Positions 1 to 13,318 of a stretch of DNA of 64,000 nucleotides are shown piece by piece. Position 1 is the first letter of the stretch. Every line of letters starts with the position of its first letter. Position numbers and translations under genes: made by a program. The notes below the pieces were generated by a model that was not told where the DNA came from, made no database searches, and saw only the letters and a list, made by a program, of their open reading frames with translations. Source of the DNA: Octopus vulgaris (lineage: Eukaryota); contig OX597832.1 of assembly GCA_951406725.2 (NCBI GenBank), forward strand, positions 2,666,001 to 2,730,000, written 5' to 3'.

Positions 1-107
1 TGAACATACCACATACACACTGTATATCACTGTTGTAGAACTTTCTAACTCATGCTAGCATTACAAAGAATATATAAATGGACATGGAAATTTTGAAGTT
101 AACTCAC

Positions 108-183
108 AGATTCTGTATTTTCACCTGATTTTTTTACAAGAATATCTTCTTCATCCGGTAAGGAGGAAGCTGCTTCTTGGAAT
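108..183 (-). CDS. KRI1: KRI1 homolog exon 6 (QFQEAASSLPDEEDILVKKSGENTES); gene continues beyond the window
   Basis: CATAG acceptor, GTGAGT donor at 107, 76 nt; frame-compatible with exon 5; F....D.E.D.L.K pattern. Confidence 0.85.
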
Positions 184-942
184 CTATGAACAAGGAATTA
201 AAGAATGTAAACAACTATTTTACCTTTATAATGTACTGGATAACAAAATGAAGCTGATGGTTTTTAAAACTAATAATAACTATGAGTAAACCTGTGCTGT
301 TAAATATTATGCCATTTTAAAAGAAATAACATACATTCTCTATATTTAATATGGACTTGTAAGAATGAGTAAATTTTTATTGAAAATACTTTAAGAAAGT
401 GGATCCAAAGAGACTGTACATTTTAATCACTATTAATCGCTATAAGTAGTTGAACTTGTGGATGTCTTTGTTATTTCTACCACTAAACATGATATAAAAT
501 TTCTGTAAACAATAAATATAATTTAGATGGAAGAGAAGAAATGTGTGTGTGTGAGTGTATATATATATGTAATTTAGTTAGAGGATATGTTAATCTTGTG
601 AAAGGATGGTTGCAGCCAAAGAAATACTGGTTCAATACTTAGTATTTTGGGGGAATGAAATTCCCTTAAAACAATAGGTATATATTTAGCATAAAGTTTA
701 TATCCATTTAAAAGAAGAAAAGAAAATGGAGATAAGTAAGTTAATAATTGTTTATTATTAACAAATTGGTCATCTTCGCTTCTTATAGCCGTTTCAATTA
801 ATACTCCTTAATTTAATTACAAATTTGTACATTAAATTTACATTTATGTGACAGGTTCATCAGAGAAAAAAAAAAGACATACCTCTGGATGTTATATGTG
901 GACCTATTAATTCAGCAGACTAAATGTTATGGTTTATCAAAG

Positions 943-1002
<60 letters not shown>

Positions 1003-1146
1003 CCATTATCATAAAATATCTGTTCTCCATGCTAGCATGGATTGGACAGTTTGACAGGTTTCATGTCATGCTCCAATCTCTGTTTTGACATGCTTTCTAT
1101 AGCTGGATGTCCTTCCCAACTCTAATAACTTTATAAAGTATACTGG

Positions 1147-2666
1147 TATCATATAGCTGGACCAAGTGATGAAAGTTACAGAGAGGGTCATAGCTCAAAT
1201 AATTAGGAAGAGAGTTAGTCTAGATAAGATGCAAATTGGTTTTATGCTAAGCAGATTCATTACTGATACTATATTCTTGGTAAGGCAACTGCAAGAGAAG
1301 TATTTAGCTAAAAATAAACCTCTGTACTTGGTTTTTGTCGACATGGAGAAAGTTTTTGACAGGGTCTCCTGCACCCTTATCTGGTGGTCAATGTGGAAGT
1401 TAGGGATAGTTGTGTGGTTGGTAAGAGCTGTACAAGCCATGTACAGGGATGCTGTCAGTAAAGTGAAAGTTGACAACGGGTATACAGCAATGAATTTAGT
1501 GTACAGGCAGGAGTTCATCAAGGATCAGTTCTCAACTCCCTCTTGTTCATCACAGGAATTTAAAACTGGCTGCCCCCTGGGGGCTCTTCTACGCTGATGA
1601 CCTTATTCTTATAACTGAATCACTACCAGAAGAAATTTCAGGTGTAGAAGCAAGGTTGGGAATCAAAGGGCTTTAGAGTTAATTTAAAAAAGATCAAAGT
1701 CCTAGTGAGTAGGAAGATAGACAAATGACAACTCCCTTCAGGACGATGGTCCTGCACAATATGTGGAAAAGATGTTGGTAGAAACTCCATATGACATATG
1801 CAGTGCAAGCTATAGATACATAAGAGGTGTAGCAGTAACAGAAGGTTAACAGAGAAATTCTTTGAGTGTATCAGACTAGGAATGTACAGAAAATAGACTT
1901 CCTCAAATGCCAGGGGGTAGGGTGGGGGACTTAGAAGTAGTAGATAGCTTCTGTTACCTAGGTGACCAAGTTAGTAGTGGAAGAGGATGCTCTGAAAGTG
2001 TAGCTGCTAGAATGAGAACAGGTAGCAGAGTGAAAGGCAGATTGTATGATACCTGTGTACAAACAGCCATGCTACATGGCAGTAGAACATGGGCCGTGAC
2101 TGCAGAGGACTTGCAAAGGCTTCAAAGAAATGAAGCCAGCGTGTTCCACTGGAAGTGCAAATGTCAGTGTGCATGTATGACAGTGTGTTTTAAGAGAAAA
2201 ATTGGGTATAAGAGGTATCAAATGTAGTGTGCAAGAGAGAAGACTGTACTGGTGTGGTTATGTGGTGCATATAGATGAGGACAACTGTGTAAAGAAGAGC
2301 CTATCGCTAATTAAGGAGGGAACCTGAGGAAGGGGCAGACCCAGGAAGATGTGGGTGAAATATGATCTTCATGGAGGTGATGACAAATGACTGAGACTTC
2401 TGGAAATTTGCTGTTGAGAAGACACGTCAAGCTTAGTGAAATCATGGTCAGTGTTGGGGACGTGTAAAAGGTACCTGTGCTGGTGACATACAAAAGGCAT
2501 CCAGTACATTCTGTCAAATAATTGGTGTTAGGATGGGTATCCAGCTGTAGAAACCAAGCCAAAACAGACGACTGGAGCCTGAAGTAGCTCTCTGGTTTAC
2601 CAGCTCCAGCCATATCATCTAACCCATGCCAGTATGGAAAATGGACCTTAAATGATGATGATGATG
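1147..2666 (+). mobile_element. 5'-truncated, decayed RTE-clade LINE (RT C-terminal half, PHD finger, 3' tail ending in (GAT)n)
   Basis: RT motifs (MQIGFM, LVRQLQEKY, FVDMEKVFDRV, LLYADDL, VDSFCYLG) with stops and frameshifts; flanked by ACTGG direct repeats at 1142-1146 and 2667-2671. Confidence 0.92.
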
Positions 2667-5346
2667 ACTGGGTACTTTTTGCACATCACTGTCAATAGCA
2701 AGGTTGCCTCACAACTTGCAAGATTAAAGGGGTCTAAAGGAAGTCCTATAACTGAAGAATTCCAATTTCAGAGAAGGTGATGCGAGAGGGTAAAAGTATG
2801 ATGAAACGAACAGAATTATACCTGTTATGTGGTGGTGGAAGAGAGTGTAACAGAGTATGGAAGGGAGAGGAGAAAGAGAAGGAATTAAAGTTGAGGTTAG
2901 GTAAGAGTGAAAGGGCATGAAAGGGCTATCCTACATTATAATGCAATTATGGGTGGAATGAGTAAAGGGAAGGGAAGATATGCACAAATACATATGTTTC
3001 TACCATCCAAATCCACTCACAAAGCTTTGGTCAGCCCAGGGATATAATAGAAGACATTTGCTCAAGGTACTTACAAACTTCTACCACAGAGTCACACTTG
3101 TATCTTAGAGAGGGAGAGAGAGAGAGAAGACATACACATTTCTTTCTTTGCTTTTACATCTATTTTTCTATGCTGGTATGGGTTAGACAAATGTATATCA
3201 AGGCATTTACAATGGGATGACCTTCCTGTCACCAACTCATACATGTTTTTTCAAGCAATAGATCTTTATTTTACACATTCCCAAATGAAGTGAGCAGATA
3301 ATCTGTTGACAACAAATAATACCACTCATAGCTTGTGACTTTCATAGAGAGCAGATGCAAACATCTAAATATGTATACACACATCCATGTGTATACGTAT
3401 GTATATAAAACATACATGCACACACACATACACACAAATTGCTAAGTGAGGGCTTATGTTCAGAGTGCTTTGGGTAACATCATATGGGAAAATATACACA
3501 CTCTCCTTCACTTGTTGAGAAATGATACTGACACATAACTAGTTGCAGGTTTGAGTACACACATCTGCATATCTACGTAACTTGAGTGGACACTTTTGCA
3601 TATCAGTGTGTGTGTGTAACTTGACCTCTTTTTTTTGTTTTTACTAGATTCAATCTGTGGCCTTACAAAGGAAAGGCATAGCTGAGTTGTAAGAAGCTTG
3701 CTTCCCAACCACATGGTTCCGGGTTCAGTCCCACTGCACAGCACCTTGGACAAATGTCTTCTACTATAGCCCCAAATCTTGAGTGGATTTGGTAGATAGA
3801 AACACTGAAAGAAGCCTGTTGTGTATATATATTTATGTGCGTGTCTTTGCGTCTGTGTTTGTCCCCCACCATTACTTGACAACCAATGTTAGTGTGTTTA
3901 CATCCCCATAACTTAGCAGTTCAGCAAAAGATACTGATAGAATAAGCACTAGGCTTACAAGAAATAAATCCTAGGGTCAACTTGTTTGACTAAAGCCCTT
4001 TAAGGTGGTGCTCCAGCATGGCTGCAGTCAAAAGATAGAAATATGTAAAAGAATGTGTATATGGCGCATACATATAGCTGATTGCATGGATTCAATTATT
4101 TTCAAATAGTTATTTTAAATGAACTTGGAAGGGTAGAAGGCAAAGTGAACCAGGACTTCAGAACTCAAAGTATTTTGTTTGGTACTTTATCAATTTCTGC
4201 GCCTTCCATTCGTGAAGGTATGTGGTTTAGGTATTCAGTATGCAATTGTAAGAGAATGAGTTTGATTCCTGGCAGTGCATTGTGTCCTTGAGCAAGACAC
4301 TTTATTTCACATTGCTTCAGTCCACTCCATAGCAAAAATGAGATGTACCTCCCTGAGAACGACTTTAAGTGAATGCATGTCCATAGAGTTCTCAGCTGCT
4401 TGCATGTTGATTTCCTGAGCAGACTGTTCCATTGATTGGATCAACTGAAACACTTTCCATCATAACCAACAGAGTGCCAGTTATTTGTTATAGAATGACA
4501 TGATGAGTGTGTGTGCTCTGATATATTGGCTCTATTATATTGTAGACTTTGTCATATGCAGAGTTAACATGTATCCAAGATAAAAAAATTTATGTTGGCC
4601 ATAAAAAAGAAACAGTCTAAGCTACTTAATTTTTTTTATCAACATATTTCTAATGAAATACACTTTTCAATTAATGCTGGAAATAATTGAGAACCTAAAG
4701 AGATTTATTGAAACTAATTTTTTCCATTTATTAATATATTAAGCTGTTGTTTAAAATAACTTAGCAAAAGGTTCATACATAAAAATTATGTTATGCAGTT
4801 TTACTTCTTGGCTGTGTGGCAAAGAAGTTTGCTTCCTAACTACAAGGTTTTGAGTTCAGTCTCTGGGTCAACCAAAACGGATTTGATAGATGGAGAATGA
4901 AACAAGTCTATTGCAAATGCATGCAAGTGTGTGTGTGTGTGTGTGTGTGTTAACAAGAAATTTAAGTACTGGCATCGATTCATTTGACTAAAAATTCAAG
5001 GCAGTACCCCAGCATGGCTACCGTCTAATGACCAAAACAAGTAAAAGATAAAAGTAAGGGCATCCAGCTATAGAAAACATGCCTCAACAAATTCTGCCTG
5101 AATCAATCAGGCATGGAAAAGTGGACCTTAAGATGCTGATGCCAATGAATACTCTAAAATGAGAGATTATGAATTATAAAACCAGAAAGAGTCACAAATA
5201 GGTTAGTGTTAAAAAAGTTTACATGATCACATTAAAAGTTTGTCACAGATTTTAAAGCTTACCATTTGTAGAGTATGATAGTTTTGGCTGTGAATTGTCC
5301 ATAGTTAAGGAACCAAGATAACTGCTGATATTGTTCTGATACTTAC

Positions 5347-5442
5347 TGTTTTTTTAATTGTTCCTGCTCTTCATAATAACTTGGTACTACTGGCTCATCA
5401 ATATCTTCTTCATATCTGATTTTTTCATCCGCTGGTGGAGCA
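5347..5442 (-). CDS. KRI1: KRI1 homolog exon 5 (APPADEKIRYEEDIDEPVVPSYYEEQEQLKK)
   Basis: TTTTAG acceptor, GTAAGT donor, 96 nt, phase 2 to 2; SY.EEQ.QLK motif of KRI1. Confidence 0.92.
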
Positions 5443-5966
5443 CTAAAATGAAAACAATTTAATTTACATACACTTTCCATCACTTTAAATCATGGGTTAA
5501 GTGTCACATCCAACAATTTCTATCTCTGTTTTATTTGAAATATATTATTAGTTCTTCTAAACAATTTCTTATTTTTACCATTTTGCACTAATTTTTGCTG
5601 GCAAAAAAGGGTTGCTTTTTGTTAAAGCAAATGCTTTTCCAGTTGGATGGCCTTCTTATTGGGAAAAGCAGAATTTGTTTTCTAACAGGCAAACTTCAGA
5701 AAACAGGGACAGTTGCTTTAATTATGAGCATAACACATTGGAACTGTTGCTGTCACTGTCACTACCTTCTACTCCTCCTACACGCTTCTATTCAAAATCA
5801 GCTCCTTCTGTACTACAAGAATGCCGGATTAGGCCTAAGCCTACCTAGCAACAATAATTACCAACGTAACTTTTTTCCTGCTTTAGATCTATTTTTTCAT
5901 ACAATAGTAAAAACTGCTTTTGTTGGAGCAACTGTTTTTACTGCTGAGTCTTATTCTACTCATTAA

Positions 5967-7049
5967 CCCTTTCGTTACTATATTTCTGACCAAATTACAC
6001 CCCTTATGTGTTTCAATTAATTTCTAACGTAATCATAAATTTAGTCTGGTTTCATTAAACAACTATAACTTTTTTATTTATCAATATATTAATCTGATTT
6101 TTGGAAGATAATTTAATGAAATATTCTCAACCAATTCTATACTATAATTTTTGTCACAAAGTGACTCTAATTGCAGGTAGATACAGGTAAATTCAACAAA
6201 ATATAAAATTAAAATTTTGTTCAAACATCGCTATAGAAAATGGGTTATTAGCTAATATTCAATTGGGTATACAACAAAATTTTACGATAGAATTTGTTAT
6301 TCTGGGTAACTTTCTGATACCCATAATAATATTTACGGCAAAATAGTCTTAATTTCATTTAAGGTTATGGGAAACCACTAACTATCGTTTCTTTCGCTTT
6401 ATTTACGTTTAGCGTAACGGTTCGTTTTCGCCGTAATGATTTCAAATAGGCTCATTCGAAAAAGTAAAAAGAAATAGTCTAAGGCTTTACTCCTCTGGGA
6501 AAGTCTGTGGCTTGATCCAGTTTCTTCAGAAAAATCACCGAAAGAAACAGTTTTTAAATTTTCACTCCATTCAGGTGCCAATTCGTTTTCTTTATCGCTG
6601 TCGGAGCTCTCGAATTCACTGTTTTCACTTTCGGAAAATGAAACATCAGATTCATTATCAAATACCATGTGCTTTTTTCTTTCAGTCATAGAGTTAGATT
6701 TATGAAGGTCTTCAGTAGAAAATCCTTCGAATTCTGACTCGCTGTTTGATATAATGAAATTCGTATCCATTTTTTGTCAGAATTACAAATTTTGAAAACA
6801 CAATAGGAACAAATTTCGGAAAAAAATCTCTCAAAATTCACGGAATTAAAATTACACATCGATTATTGTACAAAACTGTAGTTGAACTGTTTACGAAGTA
6901 TAATACGTGTTTTCACAAATGTACTAAAGAGATTTGCTCTGATATTCTCATTTAAATATGAATAGGTAAATTCGGGCGGCTTTGGGCGGTTTGGTCACAT
7001 TAACCAAAATTTTTTTCGGGCGGCTTTGGGCGGTTTGGTAACGAAAGGG
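5967..7049 (-). mobile_element. Internally deleted piggyBac element with transposase N-terminal remnant (ORF 6399-6770)
   Basis: TTAA on both sides; TIR CCCTTTCGTTAC / GTAACGAAAGGG; ALDYFFLLF...IITAKTNRYA motif; subterminal repeat TTCGGGCGGCTTTGGGCGGTTTGGT twice. Confidence 0.93.
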
Positions 7050-7089
7050 TTAACAACTCAACCATGGAAATTTTCAGGATAAAACTTAC

Positions 7090-7174
7090 CCATCAGTTGT
7101 AATTAGTGTCTTCCTTTGCACATCTTGTAAAGAGAGAGTTTTCTTTTTCGATTTCTTCTGTGCTGAGCCTTTAT
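7090..7174 (-). CDS. KRI1: KRI1 homolog exon 4 (DKGSAQKKSKKKTLSLQDVQRKTLITTDG)
   Basis: TTTCAG acceptor, GTAAGT donor, 85 nt, phase 1 to 2; resembles the KRI1 KK.K.M.LKDYERK motif. Confidence 0.9.
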
Positions 7175-7451
7175 CTGAAACAGTCAAAAAGTTTCTAAAT
7201 ATAACTAAAATACAAAATCACAATTCAATAATTGTGTAAAAAAAGCATATATTTTGCAGTTATTTCACTTTAAATAAAAGTTTTTTACTCTCAGAATATA
7301 ACTTCCCTAAAAAACTATAATATTTGATAGAGTCAACTGAAAAGAGAGCTTTATAATATACTATATAAAACTGACATAGTAGGATTATAAATAGTGCAGA
7401 TTACATGAAATAAGATAGAACAGCTGAATACTCTACTACTTTGTAGCTTAA

Positions 7452-7671
7452 CCCTTTAGTATTCAGATTATTCTGTCAAATGTAATGTTAATTTATTCAC
7501 ATTGTTTTGAATTAATCATTTAATATCTCACAGCTTCAAGATTTCAATGATCTGATTGTTTATTTTTAGAATGACATTGTAAGCTAGGTGTGAGAGATTG
7601 GATCTGGCCATTTTGAACATAAAACTGGTAGAATATTTTGACTGGATGTGGCCAGTTTAAATGCTGAAGAG
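7452..7671. mobile_element. piggyBac-type MITE (decayed)
   Basis: TTAA-CCCTTTAGTATT ... AATGCTGAAGAG-TTAT. Confidence 0.65.
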
Positions 7672-9114
7672 TTATATACTGTGTAAGCATCAAGAAATAG
7701 ATTTAATGAAATTATTAGTAAAATAAATACAGCAGGTCAATTTGTTTGACTACATTCAGTACTAGACCATGTAACTAGGAGTTCTTGATCAATAAATATT
7801 TAAAAAGTAATTCCATTATAGATCAAAAACAAATTTTTAAAATTATGAGTTAACCTTTCTTTTACTCAACTTTTAAATAGATTTTGTTGAAAAAAAATCA
7901 CAGCTTTGAAACCTCATTATAATATCTAAGTAAACTAAAGGTAAATATGAGATGATACATACCTCAACATGCTTAATACATCAAATATAATTGAATAAAA
8001 GTGTATGATTAATAATGGTTTCGAATTTTGGCATAAAGCCAGCATTTTAGGGGAGGTAAAGGTAAAGTTACCTTTTTGTGTCATACCAACTCATAAAGAC
8101 TGCTTTCCCAGTTTCATGACATATATATTCTCCACCTGAATAGGACACCAGTCCATCACAGGATTATTCATTTTTGCCAGCTGAGTGGACTGGAGCAATA
8201 TGAAATAGAGTGTTTTGCTCAAGAACACAACACGTCGCCTGGTCCATGAATTAAAACCACGATCTTACAATCACGATTCCAACACCCTAACCACTAAGCC
8301 ATATGCCTCCACATCAACCCCAGTGCTCAACTATACTTATTTTATCAACCCCAGTGAATTTGAACTGGAAACGTAAAGCTAGGAGAAATGGTCCTGCATG
8401 CTAACGATTCTGCCAGCTTGCTGATATAATACTTTCTACTGTGAGCTCAAGGCCTGGAATTTGGGGGGAGGAGGAGACAGTCGATTGCCATGACCCCAGA
8501 ACTCACCTGGTACTTATATCATCAACTGCGAAAGGATGAAAGACAAAGTCAACCTTGGTGGAATTTTAATTCAGAATGTAAAGCTAGGAGAAATGCCATT
8601 AAGCATTATGTTTGATGCTCTAATAATTCTGCCAGTTCACAACCAATTAATTTGAACACAAGACCAGCAAGTTTTGAAGGAAGGAATTATCCAATTCCAT
8701 TGACTGGTACTTTATTTTACTGACCCCAAGGGATGAAAGGCAAAGTTAATATCAGCAGGATTTGAACTAAGAACATAAAGAGCCAAAAGAAATACTACAA
8801 AACATTTTCTCTGAAGCTTTAATGATTTTGCCAATCCACCAACAAATCAGAAATTTTTTTATTATTATTATTATTATAAGGCAGCGAGCTGGCAGAATTG
8901 TTAGCATGCTGGGCAAAAAGATTAATTCCAATGAGGTTGACTTTACTTTTCATCCTTTCAGGGTTGATAAATTAAGCACCAATGAAACATTGGGATCGAT
9001 TAAATCAACTAGTCCTCTCCCCCAAAATTTCAGGCCTTGTGCCTATATTAGTAGAAAGGATTATTATTATTATTGTTGTTGCTGTTGTTATCATCATTAT
9101 TATTTCTATTTGTA

Positions 9115-9400
9115 CGAGGCAGAACTTTCCTTACAAACAGAAGGAAGAATAGAACACAACGGGTTGGATATTATAGATGAAGACAAGAAACTATGTATTG
9201 TAACTGATGTAGTATGCACATCAGTTACAATGGAGGAAAAAAAAAACAGGAAAAGAAACTCAAGTATTTTACTGACTTGAAGTATGAAGTTTTCAAGTAC
9301 TGGAACAAAGAAGTTAACAAGGTCATGACACTGCTGATTACCAGAATGTCCTTAGAAACAGTAACAAATGACTTGAGAGTAAATTTTGAAAAATAATCTT
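9115..9400 (+). mobile_element. Small R4/Dong-like endonuclease remnant
   Basis: QTEGRIEHNGLDII.EDKKLCIVTDV.C and KY.DLKYEV motifs. Confidence 0.7.
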
Positions 9401-11665
9401 AATTTGGGAGACAGTGAAGTCCAGAAATATATATTTACGAAGTTCAGTAAGAATTATCTACTGAATCCTTAATAAGAATAGATATGACAGCTGAAAAATC
9501 TTTTATGTATACAAAGTACAAAATGCTCCTCATTCTAGAGTATGAGCTGTGGTTCAATAGAAAGCATAATTAAACTGGGAACAGCACCAGTCCCATGAAA
9601 CAACAGAACAGAGCAACAATAATAAAGATGGTTATGATGATGACAACAATGACGATAATAATAAAAATAATCCTTTCTACTATAGGTACAAGGCCTGAAA
9701 TTTGGGGAAGGAGGATAGTCAATTACATCGACCCCAGTACTTATTCTATCAACCCCGAAAGGATGAAATGCAAAGTCAACTGTAGTGGAATTTGAATTCA
9801 GAACATGAAGATGGACAAAATGCCGCCAACCATTTAGTCTGACGTACTAACAATTCTGCCAGTTCACCGTCTTAATAATAATAATGATAATAATAATAAT
9901 TCTTTCCTGAAGGCACAAGGCCATGAAATTTTGCGGGAGGGACTAGTCGATTATATCAACCTCGGCGGAATTTGAACTCAGAACATGAAGATGGATGAAA
10001 TAAATAATAATAATAATTCTTTCTACCTTAGGCACAGTCATGGGTGTATGGCAAGAAGATCACTTCCCAACCATATGATTCTGGGTTCAGTTCACTGGGT
10101 GGCACCTTGGGCAAGTGTCTTCTACTATGGCCTCAGGCTGACCTGAGCCTTGTGAGTGGATTTGGTAGATGGAAAGTAAAAGAAGCCCGTTGTATATATG
10201 GTGTGTGTGTGTCAGTTTGTCCCCCACTACTCCCTGACAACCGGTGCTGGCGTGCTTATGTCCCTGTAACTTAACAGTTTGGCAAAAGAGACCAATAGAA
10301 TAAGTACAAGGTTTAAAAAAAAAGGTACTGAGGTTGATTCATTCAACTAAAAATTCTTCAAGGCGGTGCCCCAGCATGGCCGCAGTCTCACAACTAAAAC
10401 AAAATACAGGCAAAAGGCCTGAATTTTTGCAAGGAAGGGGCAAAGTTGATTACAGCAACTTCTGTGCTTAACATACATATTTTATCAATCCCGAAAGGAT
10501 GGAAGGTAAAGCCAACTTCGGTGGAATTTTAACTCAGAATGTAAAGACAGACAAAATGCCACTAAACATTTTGTCTAGCATGCTAATGTTTCTGCCAAAT
10601 TGCGACAATGTTTTCTACAATAGACGCAAGGCCTGAAATTTTGGAGGAGGAAAGTTCATTACATTGCCCCCCCACCCCCCCAATACTGAACTGGTAATTA
10701 TTTTATCAATCTCAAAAGCATTAAAAGGCTAACTATATCTTATTGGAATGTGAACTCAGAATGTAAAGATGGACAATATGCCACTAAGCATTGTCTAGTG
10801 CACTAATGATTTTGCCAGCTCACAGTCTCCACTCCCACCTCAACAACTCAGAGCATAAAGATGGATGAAATATCACTAAGCATTTTGTCTGGTGTGATAG
10901 TGATTTTGCCAGCTTGCCACCTTACAACAAGAACAACAACATCAGCTGCAGCAGAGGCAATGACGATGACAATGACAGTGCAAACAACAATAATAATACA
11001 GCGACTCTTTTGTTACACAGATGCTTGGTTCTGCATGTCACTGTGTAAGCCGGAAACCTTTTAGTGTTGTCCATCCTACATCTTACTAGTAAAATGAGGC
11101 AAAAATGAAATGAAAGGAAATTGAAAAAAAATGAAACAGTAATAGCAAATTAGCAATTCTGTATATGTAATCATCATCATCCTCTAACATCCGTTTTCCA
11201 TGCTAGCATGGGTTGGATGGTCTGACCAGAGGTGGCAAGCCAGAGAGCTGCACCAGGTTCCAGTCTCATTTGGCTTGGTTTCTATGGCTGGACGTTCTTC
11301 CTAACACCAACTGCTTTACTGAATGTGCTGGGTGCTTTTTATGTGGCACCAGCATGTAAAGTAAAAGCAAAAAAAAACCTGAAACCATGAAAACTGAGTG
11401 GCAATGGAAATAATGATCATGATGATTTCTTGTTTGCATGGCCAGTAGCTGAAAATACTGACCCCAGTATTTAACTGGTACTTTATCAACCCTAACTTTG
11501 GGGGTGATTTGAATTGCCAATATTTTACCACAAAGTTTTTTGTCTGATGTTCTAATGATTCTGCCAAACAATACCATGTCAGCTTTTGGGTTCAGAAACC
11601 TTAAGAATTCATTCTTGAAACATATACAAAAAATTATAGAAACCAAAAACAGATTACTTCCTCAC

Positions 11666-11771
11666 CATTTTCTTGAAAGAATTTAACATTCTTATCGTAT
11701 ATTTTAGGATCTTTAGTTTTTAATGCAGCTAAAGTACACATCCAATCTTTTTCAAACTCTTCTGTTATTTC
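11666..11771 (-). CDS. KRI1: KRI1 homolog exon 3 (EITEEFEKDWMCTLAALKTKDPKIYDKNVKFFQEN)
   Basis: TTGCAG acceptor, GTGAGG donor, 106 nt; matches the KRI1 signature E.DF..TL..LK.KDP.IY.....F. Confidence 0.93.
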
Positions 11772-12039
11772 CTGCAAATATTAATAAACCAGCAATTATT
11801 AAAACAAAATAACTGTTTTCTAGTAAAACTAAAATAACTTAGTACAAATAAATTTATATTGCAAACCTGGTTTACGACTATCTATATTCTATCATTTATT
11901 CATGTTGCAGTATTTCATTCCTTCTTATGAAGTAAATTATTTAGTAATAGCTCTGGTAATATTTTCCATTAGATAATAAGAGCAAGCAAAGTAAAGCAAT
12001 TTTTTAAATTATAAAGGGTTTTCCTTTTTCTAATTTATT

Positions 12040-12870
12040 TCATGCGCTATGCCTACAGACGTTGGTGATCCCCATGTTCCCTGTCCCACACGTAACTTCA
12101 TTGGGCTGGTCTTCCTGAAAGCCAGTTGGTAAAGTCATTGAGTATCTTGTCTTCTTTACAGTTTCCTGGTTGTTATCAAATGCTTAAGGATTTTTCTTCT
12201 CATATGATGCCCAATGAACCGAGCCTATTGTCTCTTTATGTCATTGAGAAGCCCTTTGATAGTCTTTGCTGTTTTAAGGCCATCAATCTTTGTCACTATT
12301 TGTATAGGACGCCTTCAGCATTCTGCAAAGGAACCATATCTCTGGAGCATTGATAAACTTTTGCATTTACCATATGCAAGAATGGGTTCTATGAATGTCT
12401 TTCAGACTCTTTTCCTCAATTTTATTGATAGCTGTTTATCTGAACAGCTGTTTGAAAATAGCATGTCTGGTCCTTGGCTTAATTTCTTTGATGTTTTTCC
12501 ATCTAATGTAACGATGGTTCTCAAATATTTGACAAAATTGATGTATTTTCTTTTGAGATTGTTTTGTCACTGTCTTTTGCTGTTAAGACCTAGGCCCATC
12601 TTTTCACTCCCATCATTGCAAATACTAGTACGTGTAGATCTTTCTGTTGTTGCAATGTGGGTTGTATCATCTGCATAATAGATATTGTTAAAGTTTTGTC
12701 CTCCTATCTGTATACCTGATAGATGTTCAATAGATTACATAATTATTTCAGTGTAGAGTAAATACAGGTTTGGTGACAACACACACCTACCATTCACCTC
12801 TCTTAATCTTCTCATATTGCAATACTGAATTTCTAATTCTTATTGCTTTTGTTTGTTGCCAATATATATT
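12040..12870 (-). mobile_element. Decayed RTE (BovB-like) RT fragment, a different family
   Basis: Minus-strand CVLSPNLYLLYTE, YADDTT, FGHMRRKSL motifs, frameshifted. Confidence 0.8.
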
Positions 12871-13318
12871 CCATAACTACAAGAAAGTGAGCGAACAGAA
12901 TTACTGAATTCAAATTCTGGGGTTGATAAAATAAGTACCAGCTGAGCACTGGGATCATTGTAATCGACTAACTCCCTCCCCAGAAATTGCTGGGTTTGTG
13001 CCAAAATTTGAAAGCTATATATGTTCTACAACCACCACTATTTTCCCTGTTAACCACTATGCAGATGACAGTCATAGCAACAAAAGAGAAATATATACAA
13101 TCAACTACAACTAGCAATAATAGTGAAAAGATGGTCCAAGTTCATAACAGCAAAAAACAGAGACAATGATAATTCCAAAGAGTATGCTACTAATTTGCAA
13201 CATGAGAATGAAACAACCAAGTTGTTTAGCAGTAACAATTGAGAACTTGAAAGATACATACTTCTAAGGATGTACATCTCTGGGATATTGATAAGCATCT
13301 GTGAAAAACGTCAGGGCA

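Noticed and set aside
3672-3745. tRNA gene candidates
   Set aside because: A/B boxes belong to SINE heads; no full cloverleaf.
5258-5346. Second GTAAGC donor downstream of KRI1 exon 5
   Set aside because: Read-through hits TAA immediately and there is no room for a separate intron.
5595-5966. 123-aa intronic ORF antisense to KRI1
   Set aside because: TTG start, no recognisable motifs; its stop is the piggyBac TTAA site.
11652-11665. Alternative donor GAA|GTAATC for exon 3
   Set aside because: Gives phase 0, incompatible with exon 4.
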